Source of the DNA: Eledone cirrhosa | Lineage: Eukaryota | Assembly (NCBI GenBank): GCA_964016885.1 | Contig: OZ024743.1 | Coordinates: 91,326,001-91,390,000 of the forward strand | Reading direction: 5' to 3' | Length of the DNA: 64,000 bases | In this document: in pieces, positions 47,186-62,237 of the stretch | How positions within the stretch are numbered: position 1 is the first letter of the stretch | Layout: every line of letters begins with the position of its first letter | Program-made: the position numbers and the translations under genes | Notes under the pieces: generated by a model | What the model was told of the DNA's origin: nothing | Seen by the model: only the letters and a program-made list of their open reading frames with translations | Database searches by the model: none

Positions 47186-50100
47186 CATCATCATCATCAT
47201 CATCATCAACGTTTAACGTCCGTGTTCCACGCTTGCATGGGTTTGGACGGGGGTAGTCCCACTTGAGGCAAGAGTGATTGTCTTGCTCGCATAGGACTGT
47301 CTGGCAGGTTTTCTACAGTTGGATGCCCTTCCTAACACCAACCACATTTACAGTGTGGGTCTGGGAGGTTTTTACCGTGTTGCCTACACGGCCACATTAC
47401 AGCGTGGACTGTGTGTTTTTTTGTCGTGACACCTACACGATCTCATTTGTTTCGGCCTGGATGGCGCGGCACCAACATAACTTTATATAGAACGGGGTGG
47501 TGTGGATGGGGTGGGGGTGGCGGCGGGAGGGGTGTATTTTGTTAGAGATGCCTACTGGCAAGGCGGGTCTTCTCTGTTACTGAGTACCGCCAAAGGTCAC
47601 GGTCCAGTGACATTGTCTTGGAGAGGTGTAAGTGTGTGAGGTCGGAGTTTATCAGCTCATCCCATGTTTTTCTAGGTCTGCCTATTCCGTGGCTACCGTC
47701 TATCTTTATTGCCCTGCACTTTGTAATACAGCTATCGACTTTCATGCGCATCACGTGTCCATACCAACGCAGCCTTCTCTCGAGTAAACAACATCTGATC
47801 CCTCTTATCTCTAATTTTTTCCTTAGTTCGTTTATGCTTTGCCGTTCACGTATATTACTGTTACACATCCAGCGGAGCATGCAAGCTTCGTTCCTCTCTA
47901 GTCTGCGTATATCCTCTGCACACAATGCCCAGGTCTCACTACCATGCAACATTGCTGTTCGTATGCAGGCATCGTACAACCTGCCTTTCATTTTTAGGGA
48001 GAACCCTTTAGCAGCTAATAGTGGTATAAGCTCTCTGAACTTTTTCCAACCAGTTCTGACTCTAGCTACAGTACTTTCAGAGCACCCTCCCCCACTGCTG
48101 ATTTTATCGCCCAGGTAACGGAAGCTGTCCACTATTTCTATAAAACCCTCTGCGCAATTGAAAGAGCTAGTATTTTGTGGGCACTTGCTGCTACTTATTG
48201 CACCAGAACACCGGCCACATGTAAAGTCTATGTTCTTAGTTAGCTTACCTGTGATCCCACTACATCTTTTATGCACCCATACTTTGCATTTAGGACATAA
48301 GATGGAGTTTCTACCTACGCCTTTCCTACATACCGAGCACGACCATTTCCCAGAAGGGACCGCCGCCTTGTTTTCTTTCCTACAAACTAGAACTTTGGTC
48401 TTAGCCAGGTTAATTTTAAGTCCTTTTGACTCTAGGCCGTGCTTCCATGTTTGGAATTTCTTCTCTAGCTCGGCCATTGATTCCGCTATGAGTGTCAGGT
48501 CGTCTGCGTATAGGAGTTCCCATGGGCAGCCTGTCTTGAACTCCTCTGTTATAGCCTGAAGGGCAATAATAAATAGTAGGGGGCTGAGAACAGAGCCCTG
48601 ATGGACGCCAACTTTTACGCTAAACTCTTCACTATATTCGTTGTTAATTCTAACCTTGCTGACTGTTTCTTTATACATGGCTTGTATAGCCCTCACAAGC
48701 CATTCGTCAACGCCTAGTTTTCTAAGAGCCCACCAGATAATGGAGCGGGGGACTCTGTCGAAGGCTTTCTCCAGGTCGACAAAAGCTAAGTAGAGGGGTT
48801 TACCTTTAGCTAGGTACTTCTCCTGTAGTTGTCGTACTATGAAAAGAGCGTCTGTGGTGCTTTTGCCTGACACAAACCCGAACTGCATTTCATCTAGATC
48901 AATTCTCTCTCTGATTAGTTGCGCTATTACTTTTTCCGTGACCTTCATGACCTGGTCGATTAATTTAATGCCTCTATAGTTACTCCTATCTAGGGCGTCT
49001 CCTTTACCCTTATAACAGTTAACGATGATGCTGCTATGCCAGTCCTTCGGAACAACCCCATTCTGTACGACTTGGTTAACTATGCGGGTGACCATGGTGT
49101 GTCCCACCGTGCCAGATGCCTTCAGCATCTCAGCAACTATTTCCGAAGGCCCAGCCGCCTTACCAGTCTTCATATCCTTGATTGCCTTACTTATTATACT
49201 CCCCTCGACTAACACTGCTGGTCCCTCTATCGGGTCGATATGGGGGAGACTGTCTTTCTCCCATTTATTCTCCTCATTTAGTAGCCTTTCATAGTGACAC
49301 TTCCAAGCTACCTTCTTATCAGTGTCGGTGATGGCAAGTATGCCATCATCGTTAAGTACACACTTCTCCCCGACAATATCACGGTTTTCCTTGACGCATT
49401 GCCTGGCAATCCTGAACACCTCACGTTTTTGGTCATCGCGTTGTAGAACATGCTTGAACTTTCTTTCCTCAGCTTCCCTTCTTGCTAAGTACACTTCTCT
49501 CCTAGCTTCCCTCCTGGCCACTTGATAGTCTACTCTACTTCCCCCATCCCGCCATACTTTCCAAGCCTGCTTTTTGGCCTTAATTGACCCCTCCACCTTA
49601 CTGTTCCACCACCATGTTACTCTCCTCCTGCCTACAGGCCTGCTCCAGCCACAGACTTCGTCTGTCGCCAACAGCAAGTTAGCTTTCAGAAATTTCCACT
49701 GTCCCTCTATATTGTCCGATTCTAGATGCTCTTCCTTACTGTCGAAAGCATCAAGTAATATGCTTTGAAATTTATTTCTGGCTGTGGGGTCTTTTAGTTT
49801 CCATATTTTCCTCCTGAGGATAGTCCTCTTCTGCTGTCGGGTGCGTCTCGTCCTGACTATGAGGTCGCTAATTATCAGTCTATGTTGGGAGGTGCATTCT
49901 TCATGGGGGAGGGATTTAGTGTTTACAACAGACACTCTGTCACGTCTTCTGGTAAGGATATAATCTACCTGGCTTGTGTGTTCCCCGGATCTATAGGTAA
50001 TCAGGTGATTGTCACGTTTTTTGAAGTTAGTGTTACAGATAGTTAGGTTATTTGCATCACAGTATTCCAGAATTCTGGAGCCTTCCTCATTTCTAGTACC

Positions 50101-51296
50101 AAACCCATAGCCTCCATGGATTTCGTCATAGCCGTCACAATGTTGTCCAACGTGACCATTTAGGTCGCCTGCAATAATTATATAGTCACTGTCAGATATT
50201 TGGGAGGTAGTTAGCAACAGTGTCTCATAGAATCTGTCTTTTATAGTGCCGGGCAGTCCGGATTGGGGTGCGTACGCAGATATTACTGTCACCGTAGTTC
50301 TATTGAGGACAAGTCTTATTTTAATTATTCTGTCGTTCACTCTATTTACGTCTATTATCTTATCTGCCCACTTTTCTGCTACCATGATTCCTACTCCACC
50401 CAGCCCATCGTCGTTTCCCACCCAGAAAAGCTTATAACATCGTTTTTTACCCTCAATGAATCTAGCAGACCCACCCCTCCACCTGGTCTCTTGAATACAA
50501 CAAACATCGACCTCCTTACGTTCAAGCATTTCTACAACCTCGTTAGCGCGACCCTTTAGGGTGCCTACATTTATGGTACCAACTCTGAAGTTTTGGGTTG
50601 CGTTTGGAGGGTGGGGGTGGTGGGGGGCGGGAGGAGATAGGGTTATGTTAGCCATCCGCGGACGAAACAAAGAGGAGTGCTCGCATTCTCGTCCACGAGG
50701 TGAATTTGACTTTAACTTTAACTTTGGCATTTTCGCTCTGGGCGTCCAGATTTTTCTCTCCCTTCCACTCTCCAAGGATTCCGCAGTCCGTCCGTCCATC
50801 CATCCATCCATCATATATCGAAGGCAACCGGGCAAGCGATAGTATAGGCCTCTGGCTTATGATTTGGTCCGCGTAATAATAATAATGGTGATGCGTGGGG
50901 GTGGGGGTGGGTGGCTCTGGCTTATAATAATGGTGGTGATGCGGGGGGGGGGGCTCTGGCTTATGATTGGTCCACGTATTAAGTATGGTGGCGTGTGGGG
51001 TCGGGAGGGAGGGGTGTGGGGTAGCTAGCTGGAAGGTTATGAATGTTTAACAAGCGATTTAACAAAAAGCAAAACTGCAAGATTTGTTCTGTTCAATACG
51101 ACAAAAACACCGTATTTAAACCTTAAATAGATAACAAAAAAATACAGATTTCGGATTTTGCGAGATTGGATGTTTGTTTGGACTGTGTACGGAATTGAGC
51201 GTGGAAATGGAGAGAAGGATTGTACTTTACGATTTACATGAGTCCATCATAGAAATAATTGAAGCAAAGTGGATAAACATGAAGGAAAACTTATCT

Positions 51297-51327
<31 letters not shown>

Positions 51328-51450
51328 AGCTAAGCGAGAGATAGAGGGGAAGAAAGAGAGGGGGGGGGGAGATAGTGGCTGACCGCAGCCCCCTCGTGGA
51401 GAAGCAGGAGGGTGAAGGGGTGGATCGGCTTTTTGACTTTCAAGTAGCAT
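47184..51450 (-). mobile_element. Apparently full-length RTE-clade LINE with (GAT)n tail (5' limit approximate)
   Basis: Intact ORF, ~330-bp 3' UTR, (cat)n at 47184-47208; 3'-only sister copies at 60243-61202 and 62238-62720. Confidence 0.85.
47542..50835 (-). CDS. RTE LINE polyprotein: AP endonuclease + reverse transcriptase + Cys4-His-Cys3 insert
   Basis: VGTINV, IQETRW, AYAPQ, GDLNGHVG, VDYIL, SQHR (APE); NYRGI, QFGF, FVDLEKAFD, GVHQGSVLSP, YADD (RT); 1097 codons with no stop; true start uncertain. Confidence 0.93.
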   Translation of the reverse strand: MPGCLRYMMDGWMDGRTAESLESGRERKIWTPRAKMPKLKLKSNSPRGRECEHSSLFRPRMANITLSPPAPHHPHPPNATQNFRVGTINVGTLKGRANEVVEMLERKEVDVCCIQETRWRGGSARFIEGKKRCYKLFWVGNDDGLGGVGIMVAEKWADKIIDVNRVNDRIIKIRLVLNRTTVTVISAYAPQSGLPGTIKDRFYETLLLTTSQISDSDYIIIAGDLNGHVGQHCDGYDEIHGGYGFGTRNEEGSRILEYCDANNLTICNTNFKKRDNHLITYRSGEHTSQVDYILTRRRDRVSVVNTKSLPHEECTSQHRLIISDLIVRTRRTRQQKRTILRRKIWKLKDPTARNKFQSILLDAFDSKEEHLESDNIEGQWKFLKANLLLATDEVCGWSRPVGRRRVTWWWNSKVEGSIKAKKQAWKVWRDGGSRVDYQVARREARREVYLARREAEERKFKHVLQRDDQKREVFRIARQCVKENRDIVGEKCVLNDDGILAITDTDKKVAWKCHYERLLNEENKWEKDSLPHIDPIEGPAVLVEGSIISKAIKDMKTGKAAGPSEIVAEMLKASGTVGHTMVTRIVNQVVQNGVVPKDWHSSIIVNCYKGKGDALDRSNYRGIKLIDQVMKVTEKVIAQLIRERIDLDEMQFGFVSGKSTTDALFIVRQLQEKYLAKGKPLYLAFVDLEKAFDRVPRSIIWWALRKLGVDEWLVRAIQAMYKETVSKVRINNEYSEEFSVKVGVHQGSVLSPLLFIIALQAITEEFKTGCPWELLYADDLTLIAESMAELEKKFQTWKHGLESKGLKINLAKTKVLVCRKENKAAVPSGKWSCSVCRKGVGRNSILCPKCKVWVHKRCSGITGKLTKNIDFTCGRCSGAISSSKCPQNTSSFNCAEGFIEIVDSFRYLGDKISSGGGCSESTVARVRTGWKKFRELIPLLAAKGFSLKMKGRLYDACIRTAMLHGSETWALCAEDIRRLERNEACMLRWMCNSNIRERQSINELRKKLEIRGIRCCLLERRLRWYGHVMRMKVDSCITKCRAIKIDGSHGIGRPRKTWDELINSDLTHLHLSKTMSLDRDLWRYSVTEKTRLASRHL

Positions 51451-51687
51451 ACTATATATATTTAAAGTAATTTATAAGTAGAATGGGGAGGATTTTTTTT
51501 TTTTTTTTTTTTTGTTTGAGAATACGATAGAATTAAGGAATTGGACGAATACGATAGAATTAAGATAGAAGGTTATGAATGTTATACGATAGAATTAAGA
51601 TAGAAGGTTATATATATACATATATATATACATACATATATATATACATACATATATATATATATATAACATATATATATACATACA

Positions 51688-51741
<54 letters not shown>

Positions 51742-52198
51742 CATACATATATAGATACATACATATATATATACATACATATATATATACATACATATAT
51801 ATATATATATATACATATATATATACATACATATATATATATATATATACATATATATATACATATATATATACATATATATATACATACATATATATAT
51901 ATATATATACATATATATATACATACATATATATATATACATATATATATACATACATATATATATATATACATACATATATATATATATACATACATAT
52001 ATATATACATACATATATATATACATACATATATATATATATACATATATATATACATATATATATATATACATACATATATATATACATACATATATAT
52101 ATACATACATATATAAATACATACATATATATATACATACATATATATATACATACATATATATATACATACATATATATATATATATATACATATAT

Positions 52199-52245
<47 letters not shown>

Positions 52246-52444
52246 TATACATATATATATACATACATATATATATATATATATATACATATATATACAT
52301 ATATATATACATACATATATATATATATATATACATATATATACATATATATATACATACATATATATATATATATATACATATATATACATATATATAT
52401 ACATACATATATATATATATATATACATATATATACATATATAT

Positions 52445-52487
<43 letters not shown>

Positions 52488-52546
52488 TATATACATACAT
52501 ATATATATATATATATATCTATACATATATACATATATATATATAT

Positions 52547-52577
<31 letters not shown>

Positions 52578-52682
52578 CATACATATATATATACATACAT
52601 ATATACATATATATATACATACATATATACATATATACATACATACGTATATATATATATACATATATATATACATACATAC

Positions 52683-52729
<47 letters not shown>

Positions 52730-52890
52730 CATATAAATATATATATATACATATATACATATATATATATACATATACATATATATATATATACATATAT
52801 ACATATATATATACATATATATATATATACATATATACATATATATATATATACATATACATATATATATACATATACATATATATATAC

Positions 52891-52921
<31 letters not shown>

Positions 52922-53041
52922 CATATATACATATATATATATATACATATACATATATATATACATATACATATATATATACATATATATATACATATAT
53001 ATATACATATACATATATATATATATACATACATATACATA

Positions 53042-53081
<40 letters not shown>

Positions 53082-53087
53082 CATACA

Positions 53088-53127
<40 letters not shown>

Positions 53128-53256
53128 CATACATATATATATACATACATATATATATACATACATACATATATACATACATACATATATACATACATAT
53201 ATATATACATACATATATACATACATACATATATACATACATATATATATACATAC

Positions 53257-53305
<49 letters not shown>

Positions 53306-53340
53306 CATATATATATACATATACATATATATATACATAC

Positions 53341-53377
<37 letters not shown>

Positions 53378-53390
53378 CATATATATATAC

Positions 53391-53483
<93 letters not shown>

Positions 53484-53564
53484 CATATATATATATACAT
53501 ATATATATATACATATATATATACATATATATATATACATATATATATACATATATATATATAC

Positions 53565-53597
<33 letters not shown>

Positions 53598-53622
53598 CAT
53601 ATATATACATATATATATATAC

Positions 53623-53725
<103 letters not shown>

Positions 53726-53726
53726 C

Positions 53727-53778
<52 letters not shown>

Positions 53779-54432
53779 AGATGTATATATATGTATATAT
53801 ATGTATATTAATACAAAATAATTCTACAATTAGAATGTAGAATTATTTTGTATCATGAAATCCCAAAACATTTTATTAAATAACAGAATAGAGCGATCGT
53901 TATACTGTAACCATCGCTTAAAATCTACATTTTCATATTATCAATACTACCAGGATTGAACGCCTGTCTCTATCCCCGTTTGATTGTCAAAATAGATATT
54001 AACATTCTTTATTAGTCTTAATTCTATCAACTCTTCTATTATTTACCTTTTAATACAAACTGCTATAGATAAAATGAGATTTCTGATTTCTTGATTCAAT
54101 TCCCTAATGCATATACCAGCTGGCTACTAGCATTGATGTTATTTAGTAGCAATCGTAATCTCCCCCTTCCCCAATTGACACTTTATAATTAATACTACTG
54201 CACCAAATGACCAGCCCTGTCCACTGTCCAGTTGGTGGAGTAGAGATTAAAATTGGCACTCCCAAAATTCTTATTTAGATTTACTCATGGTATTCTCATT
54301 AGAAACCCATTATATACTTGTTTAGCAGTAAATTAATTTACCATCTGTCATATACTATCCCCTCTGTTTCTTCCTCTTTTACTAATATAAATACTTCAAT
54401 TTTTCTGATTTTATCCAATTTATCCAAAATCT

Positions 54433-54549
54433 CTGAAGAAGTGACAACTGATTATACATTTGCTATGGAATACTTGCTAACATTATATGATTACGCAAGC
54501 AGCGATACATAGGTATTCAGTCTGTTACAGAAACATATGTCAATACCTA
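54433..54549 (+). ncRNA. Hammerhead-like fold (family E, long helix II), helix I poorly supported
   Basis: CTGAAGA-a gtgaca actg..cagt c tgttac a-GAAAC-ATAT-GTC. Confidence 0.55.
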
Positions 54550-54736
54550 ATAAATTCCTTTTTTTTTTTTAAAAATTTCATTTTATATTCATCCTTTCTA
54601 CATTTTTTCCGGAATATAATTTATACTCGTTGAGCAAACCTGCACGTATGCTGTTCATCTCTAACGTAACGATATATTATCACTACATTATTGATAACCT
54701 GAAATTTTATATATATATATATATATATACATTATA

Positions 54737-54770
<34 letters not shown>

Positions 54771-54781
54771 CATATATATAC

Positions 54782-54847
<66 letters not shown>

Positions 54848-54889
54848 CTTTGAAATGTTTTGGCCAGTATTGGCTCAGGCCATGTCTAA

Positions 54890-55145
54890 CTTAATAGCAC
54901 CACCTGGCGAAGTCTTTCAATTCAGGATTTGGGCACCATGGCCCATTCGAGAAGAGAATTACTGTTTGCGGAGACATATCCGGGTGTGGGTGGTTTGTCC
55001 GGGATTACTTGGAGGAATTTGTCCAAAGACTTCTTGAATTTTGTGTGGTCAGTTTCTGTTTTGACGTGTCCTGGTGTGATGTTGAAGAGAGCAAGGCCAA
55101 TTGAGGTGAAATAATTGTGCCGTATTGTTGTTATGAGTTGCGATT
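54890..55145 (-). mobile_element. CR1-like LINE extreme 3' fragment
   Basis: TIRHNYF..G..LFN..P..K....[20 protein letters not shown]...NSNSL. Confidence 0.7.
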
Positions 55146-55160
55146 TAGATATATATATAC

Positions 55161-55255
<95 letters not shown>

Positions 55256-55362
55256 CATACATATATATATATACATACATATATCATCATCATCATCATC
55301 ACCGTTTTACGTCCGTTCTTCCACGCTAGCATATATATATACATATATATACATATATATAT

Positions 55363-55393
<31 letters not shown>

Positions 55394-55882
55394 CATACAT
55401 ACATATATACATACATAGATATATATATATATATACATACATACATATATACATACATAGATATATATATATATACATACATATATACATACATAGATAT
55501 ATATATATATATACATACATATATACATACATATATATATATATACATACATACATATATATATACATACATATATACATACATACATATATATATACAT
55601 ACATATATATATACATACATATATATATACATACATATATATATACATACATATATATATACATACATATATATATACATACATATATATATATATACAT
55701 ACATATATATATACATACATATATATATACATACATATATATATATATACATACATACATACATATATACATACATATATATATATATACATACATATAT
55801 ACATACATACATACATATATACATACATACATATATATATACATACATACATACATATATATACATACATACATATATATAC

Positions 55883-55915
<33 letters not shown>

Positions 55916-56021
55916 CATACATATATATATACATACATATATATATACATACATACATACATATATATATACATACATATATATATACATACATACATAC
56001 ATACATGCATGCATGCATACA

Positions 56022-56057
<36 letters not shown>

Positions 56058-56061
56058 TAAA

Positions 56062-56141
56062 CGAGTAGGACCCCGACGGCTGAGCTCAAGCCGTTTCGAC
56101 GGCTAAAAACCGCTTGAGCGCAGCCGTCGGGGTCCTACTCG
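56062..56141. repeat. GC-rich hairpin, ~30-bp stem
   Basis: cgagtaggaccccgacggctg a gctcaagc / gcttgagc g cagccgtcggggtcctactcg. Confidence 0.9.
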
Positions 56142-56687
56142 GTCCTATTACCCACTCTACTACCCTAAGTATTGAGTACTTTGGTGCGTTATGGTCCATC
56201 TGGTTCCTTACCACATTTCCTTCGTTATATATATATATGTATGAAGGCACATGGCTTAATGGTTAGAGCATTGGGCTTGCAATCGAAAGTTTGTGAGTTC
56301 AATTCTCAGACCGGGTGATGTGTTGTTTCCTTGAGCAAGGCACTTTATTTCACATTGCTCCAGTTTACTCAGCTGTAGAAATGAGATGATAGGACTGGGG
56401 TCCTTATCATTCCACTACAAAGTGGTCGTGGAGGTGCCACGGCAAAAAAGCACCCAGCACTCACTGTAAATGAGGTTGGTGTTAGGAAGGGCATCCAGCT
56501 GTAGAAATCAAGCCAGAATCAGTTCCCGTCCCACCCTTGCAGGCAGGGAAAAGTGGACGTAAAATGCAATGATGATGATATATATATATATATATATATG
56601 CAGAGGTTATATTTAATTTGTTGGGATTCAACAAGCTTAAACACTTTTTATAACTGATATAAAGCACTCAACAAGTTAGTGGAGTAA

Positions 56688-56936
56688 ATATACAATATAT
56701 TAATAAATGGAAACTATATTTATAAAACCATAATTATTTTATTATATATATTTCAAGGGCGACGAAGGTAAATTATGGTGCGCTTTCATCAGATAAAATA
56801 CATTTTATTTCATCAGATAAAATGTATTTTATCTGTGAAAGCACACCATAATTTACCTTGGTCGCCCTTGAAATATATATAATAAAATAATTATGGTTTT
56901 ATAAATATAGTTTCCATTTATTAATATATTGTATAT
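56688..56936. repeat. ~119-bp-arm inverted repeat with a hammerhead in each arm
   Basis: 56688-56806 pairs with 56819-56936; the spacer repeats tttcatcagat. Confidence 0.9.
56736..56799 (-). ncRNA. Type-I hammerhead fold (family F), AUA triplet; the mirror copy 56826-56888 has a core deletion (CTG-TGA)
   Basis: Minus strand: ATTTTAT-CTGATGA-aagcgcac..gtcgccctt-GAAA-TATATA-TA-ATAAAAT. Confidence 0.78.
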
Positions 56937-57849
56937 ATATATATTGGAAAAAGTGTGAGATCCTTGGTATGGTTAGGTATATTTGAAAAAAAGGAAAAGA
57001 ATGACTTCACTTGTAGTTCTAAACAATTTGATTTAAATTGTTTAGAACTGAAAATGAAGTAATTCTTTTCCTTTTTTTCAAATATATATATATATAGAGA
57101 GAGAGAGGGGGGGGGGATGGGAAAAGACCTGACCAACCCATGCAGGTGTGGAAAAAACAGCTGTGATGATGATACACCAGAAGCTTCAATGCTGTATTGA
57201 CATCATAGAGGATAATGAAAATAGAAGGGTTAAATGACCAAGCCTTTATAGCTGAACACCTGTATTTAATTAGATATCTTCAACTCTTTTTTTAGCTTCC
57301 TCATTCATTACAGTCAGAAATTGCTTTTATGAATGATTCATCTACACTTAGTTTTCTCATTCATCATTTTACTACAGAATGTAAAATTTTCTCAACAATC
57401 TTATCTTCTCTAAACTAATTCTTTTGATATCAAACCACCAGGAAACACTCCTGGGTTTTATGGGGAAAAGCAGTCTATTTTAAAGTATTTATATAAAATC
57501 TTTGGGGTTGATAAAAAAAGTACAAGTCTAGTATTGGGGGTCGCTTCACCTTCTAGATCTCTTTTTCACTTTCATTCTCTCACGCTCTATCCTTCTCTGG
57601 AAGAAATCTGCTGTACTCAGGCCTAGAGAAGGGATGAATTGTCAATATGATGTACCTACAACTCTCCCAGGAATTACTACTCCATACCATATTTATCTAA
57701 AAACCTTGTAATTTTGTCTAAAAATTTCTGTTAATTTATGTTTCAAATGCTAACTTAATAATGAGAAAGTTACGTAGTAAATCCTTTCAAATTCTTGATT
57801 GTTTTAAATGCTTCAAAACTCTTGATTATTTAAAACATTAAATGAAACA

Positions 57850-58310
57850 CAAATACATAATCACTATATCCTGCTCTAGCTAACGCTTCATTGTAGTACT
57901 GGGCTTTTTCGTCGAAATCTTTCTGTTAGACGAGATTCTAGAGATACGTTTTTGAACAGAGTTTACTATAGTGTTTTTGACAGATCTGGGGTGGTTAAAG
58001 TTAAAGCTGACATAGTTTAAGTTTTCATTCAACTTGTGAAATGGATAGTGAAGACATGTGTTGAGATTTAATGTTATATCTAGGAAATTGACTATTCTAT
58101 GGTTGTTCTCAATTTCTATTTTTAGATTAAAGTAATTAAAAAATTGTGTAATTTGTTTTCTTTTTCTATTTAGTTAAGAGTTATTATTATCAATAAGTAA
58201 AAGCATGTCATCTCTATATAAACCTCCGGTAGTACCAGGTATTTTCCTATGTAGCGAATTGATTAAAAATAAGCCACAAGGTCAGTTGCCTGAGCTGAGT
58301 CGGATTTCAA
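57850..58310 (-). pseudogene. Decayed Penelope-like RT fragment of YRDD type
   Basis: Manual minus-strand translation: GGLYRDDMLL..IVNFLDITLNL..NHPRSVKN..RISRISSN..YYNEALARAGY, with a stop and a frameshift. Confidence 0.75.
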
Positions 58311-58349
58311 TATATTAATAAAAATATCAGAAACAAATATCAGAAACAA

Positions 58350-60242
<1,893 letters not shown>

Positions 60243-60245
<3 letters not shown>

Positions 60246-61202
60246 TCATCATCGTTTAACGTCCATATTCCACGCTTGCATGGGTTTGGACGGGAGTTTT
60301 CCCACTTGAGGCAAGAGTGGTTGTCTTGCTCGCATAGGACTGTCTGATGGGTTTTCTATGGCTGGATGCCCTTTCTAACACCAACCACATTTACAGTGTG
60401 AAACTGGGAGGTTTTTACCGTGCTACCTACATGGCCACATTACAGCGTGGACTGTGTGCTTTTTTTGTTGTGACACCTACACGACCTCATTTGTTTCGGC
60501 CTGGATGTTGTGGTACCAACATAACTTTACATTGAAAGGGGCGGCGTGGATGGGGTGGGGGTAGTGGGACGGGGTGTATTTTGTTAGAGGTGCCTACTGA
60601 CTGTAGTAGGTTTTACTTTGTATTTAGGTAAGGCGGATCTTCTCTATTACTGTGTACCGCCAAAGATCTCGGTCCAGTGACATTGTCTTGGAGAGGTGTA
60701 AGTGTGTGAGGTCGGAATTTATCAAGTCGTCCCAGGTTTTTCTGGGTCTGCCTACTCCGTGGCTACCGTCTATTTTTATTGCCCTGCACTTTTTTATACA
60801 GCTGTCGTCTTTCATACGCATCACGTGACCATACCAACGTAGCCTTCTCTCGAGTAAACAACATCTGATCTCTCTTATTTCTAATTTGTCCATTAGTTCG
60901 TTAATGCTTTGCCGTTCACGTATATTACTATTACACATCCAGTGGAGCATGCGAGCTTCGTTCCTCTCTAGTCTGCATATATCCTCTGCACACAATGCCC
61001 AGATCTCACTGCCATGCAACATTGCTGTTCGTATGCAGGCATCATACAGCCTGCCTTTCATTTTTAGGGAGAACCCTTTAGCGGCTAATAGTGGCATAAG
61101 CTCTCTGAACTTTTCCATCCAGTTGTGACTTTAGCTACTGTACTTTCAGAGCACCCTCTCCCACTGCTGATTTTGTCACCCAGGTAACGGAAGCTGTCCA
61201 CT
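60243..61202 (-). mobile_element. 5'-truncated copy of the 47-51 kb RTE LINE
   Basis: ORF 60624-61118 is nearly identical to the C-terminus of the 1097-aa ORF; same 3' UTR and (GAT)n tail. Confidence 0.9.
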
Positions 61203-61386
61203 ATATATATATATATATATATAAATATATATATATATATTTATATATATATTTATATATATATATATAAATATATATACGTTAAAGGCCAAACACACTG
61301 AGACGATGGTTAAACAAACATCCGCACAACCAAAGAAACGACCAAGTAATTCGGGTCAAACAATAAAAATATATGTGATTGAAAAT

Positions 61387-61425
<39 letters not shown>

Positions 61426-61632
61426 GTGATGTGTTGGTGTAATGGTAGCACAGTGGTCACGATAACGAAAGATGTGGGTTTGACTCCCATGTACGTCAAT
61501 ACTCATCTTTTTCTATTTATCTGAGGGTTCTAAACCCCATTATCAGGCTAAAATTCCTTTAGTCAAAAATACGGTGAAAGCTATTCTATTTTCTAATTTC
61601 AAACCTGCTCACTGTTTCAAAACATACTTACT

Positions 61633-61682
<50 letters not shown>

Positions 61683-62237
61683 GGTTGTATTAAACATACA
61701 TAAACATATGTGCATGTTGATTTATACATACAAACACATATATATATATTCATATGTATATACGTATATATACACATATGTATATATGTGCGTGTGTGTG
61801 TGTGTATATATGTCCTGTGCGCACCCTATTTTGAATTTGTATTCTAAAGATTTAGCCATGCAGACATTACACCACCCGGCCTGTTTTCCTTCTTTACAGT
61901 CCCTATTCTCTTTTACTATTTCTCTCCTTTCTATATTTTTCTCTTTGGCCAAACCCTTTGTGTAATTTGCCTAGTGATTTCCAGAGTTGATGGGATAGTC
62001 TGTCTTTCTATTTTTTCTCCATTGTCTTTGTCCTAAGCACACCCCATTTTGAATTTATAATATATATATATATATATATATAATGTTATATTATATTATG
62101 TATTATATATTGACAAGGATATAGGAAATATATTCACTACAATCCAGATTGCTCAGAATTACCCACTCAATGAGACATCAACGTATAATCAAGCAAATAT
62201 GTCTCAGAGTGCTAACCAAATGCATGTTCTTAATGTG

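Noticed and set aside
53811-53854. 18-bp AT-rich hairpin followed by GAAA
   Set aside because: No upstream core or helix III, so it cannot be supported as a ribozyme.
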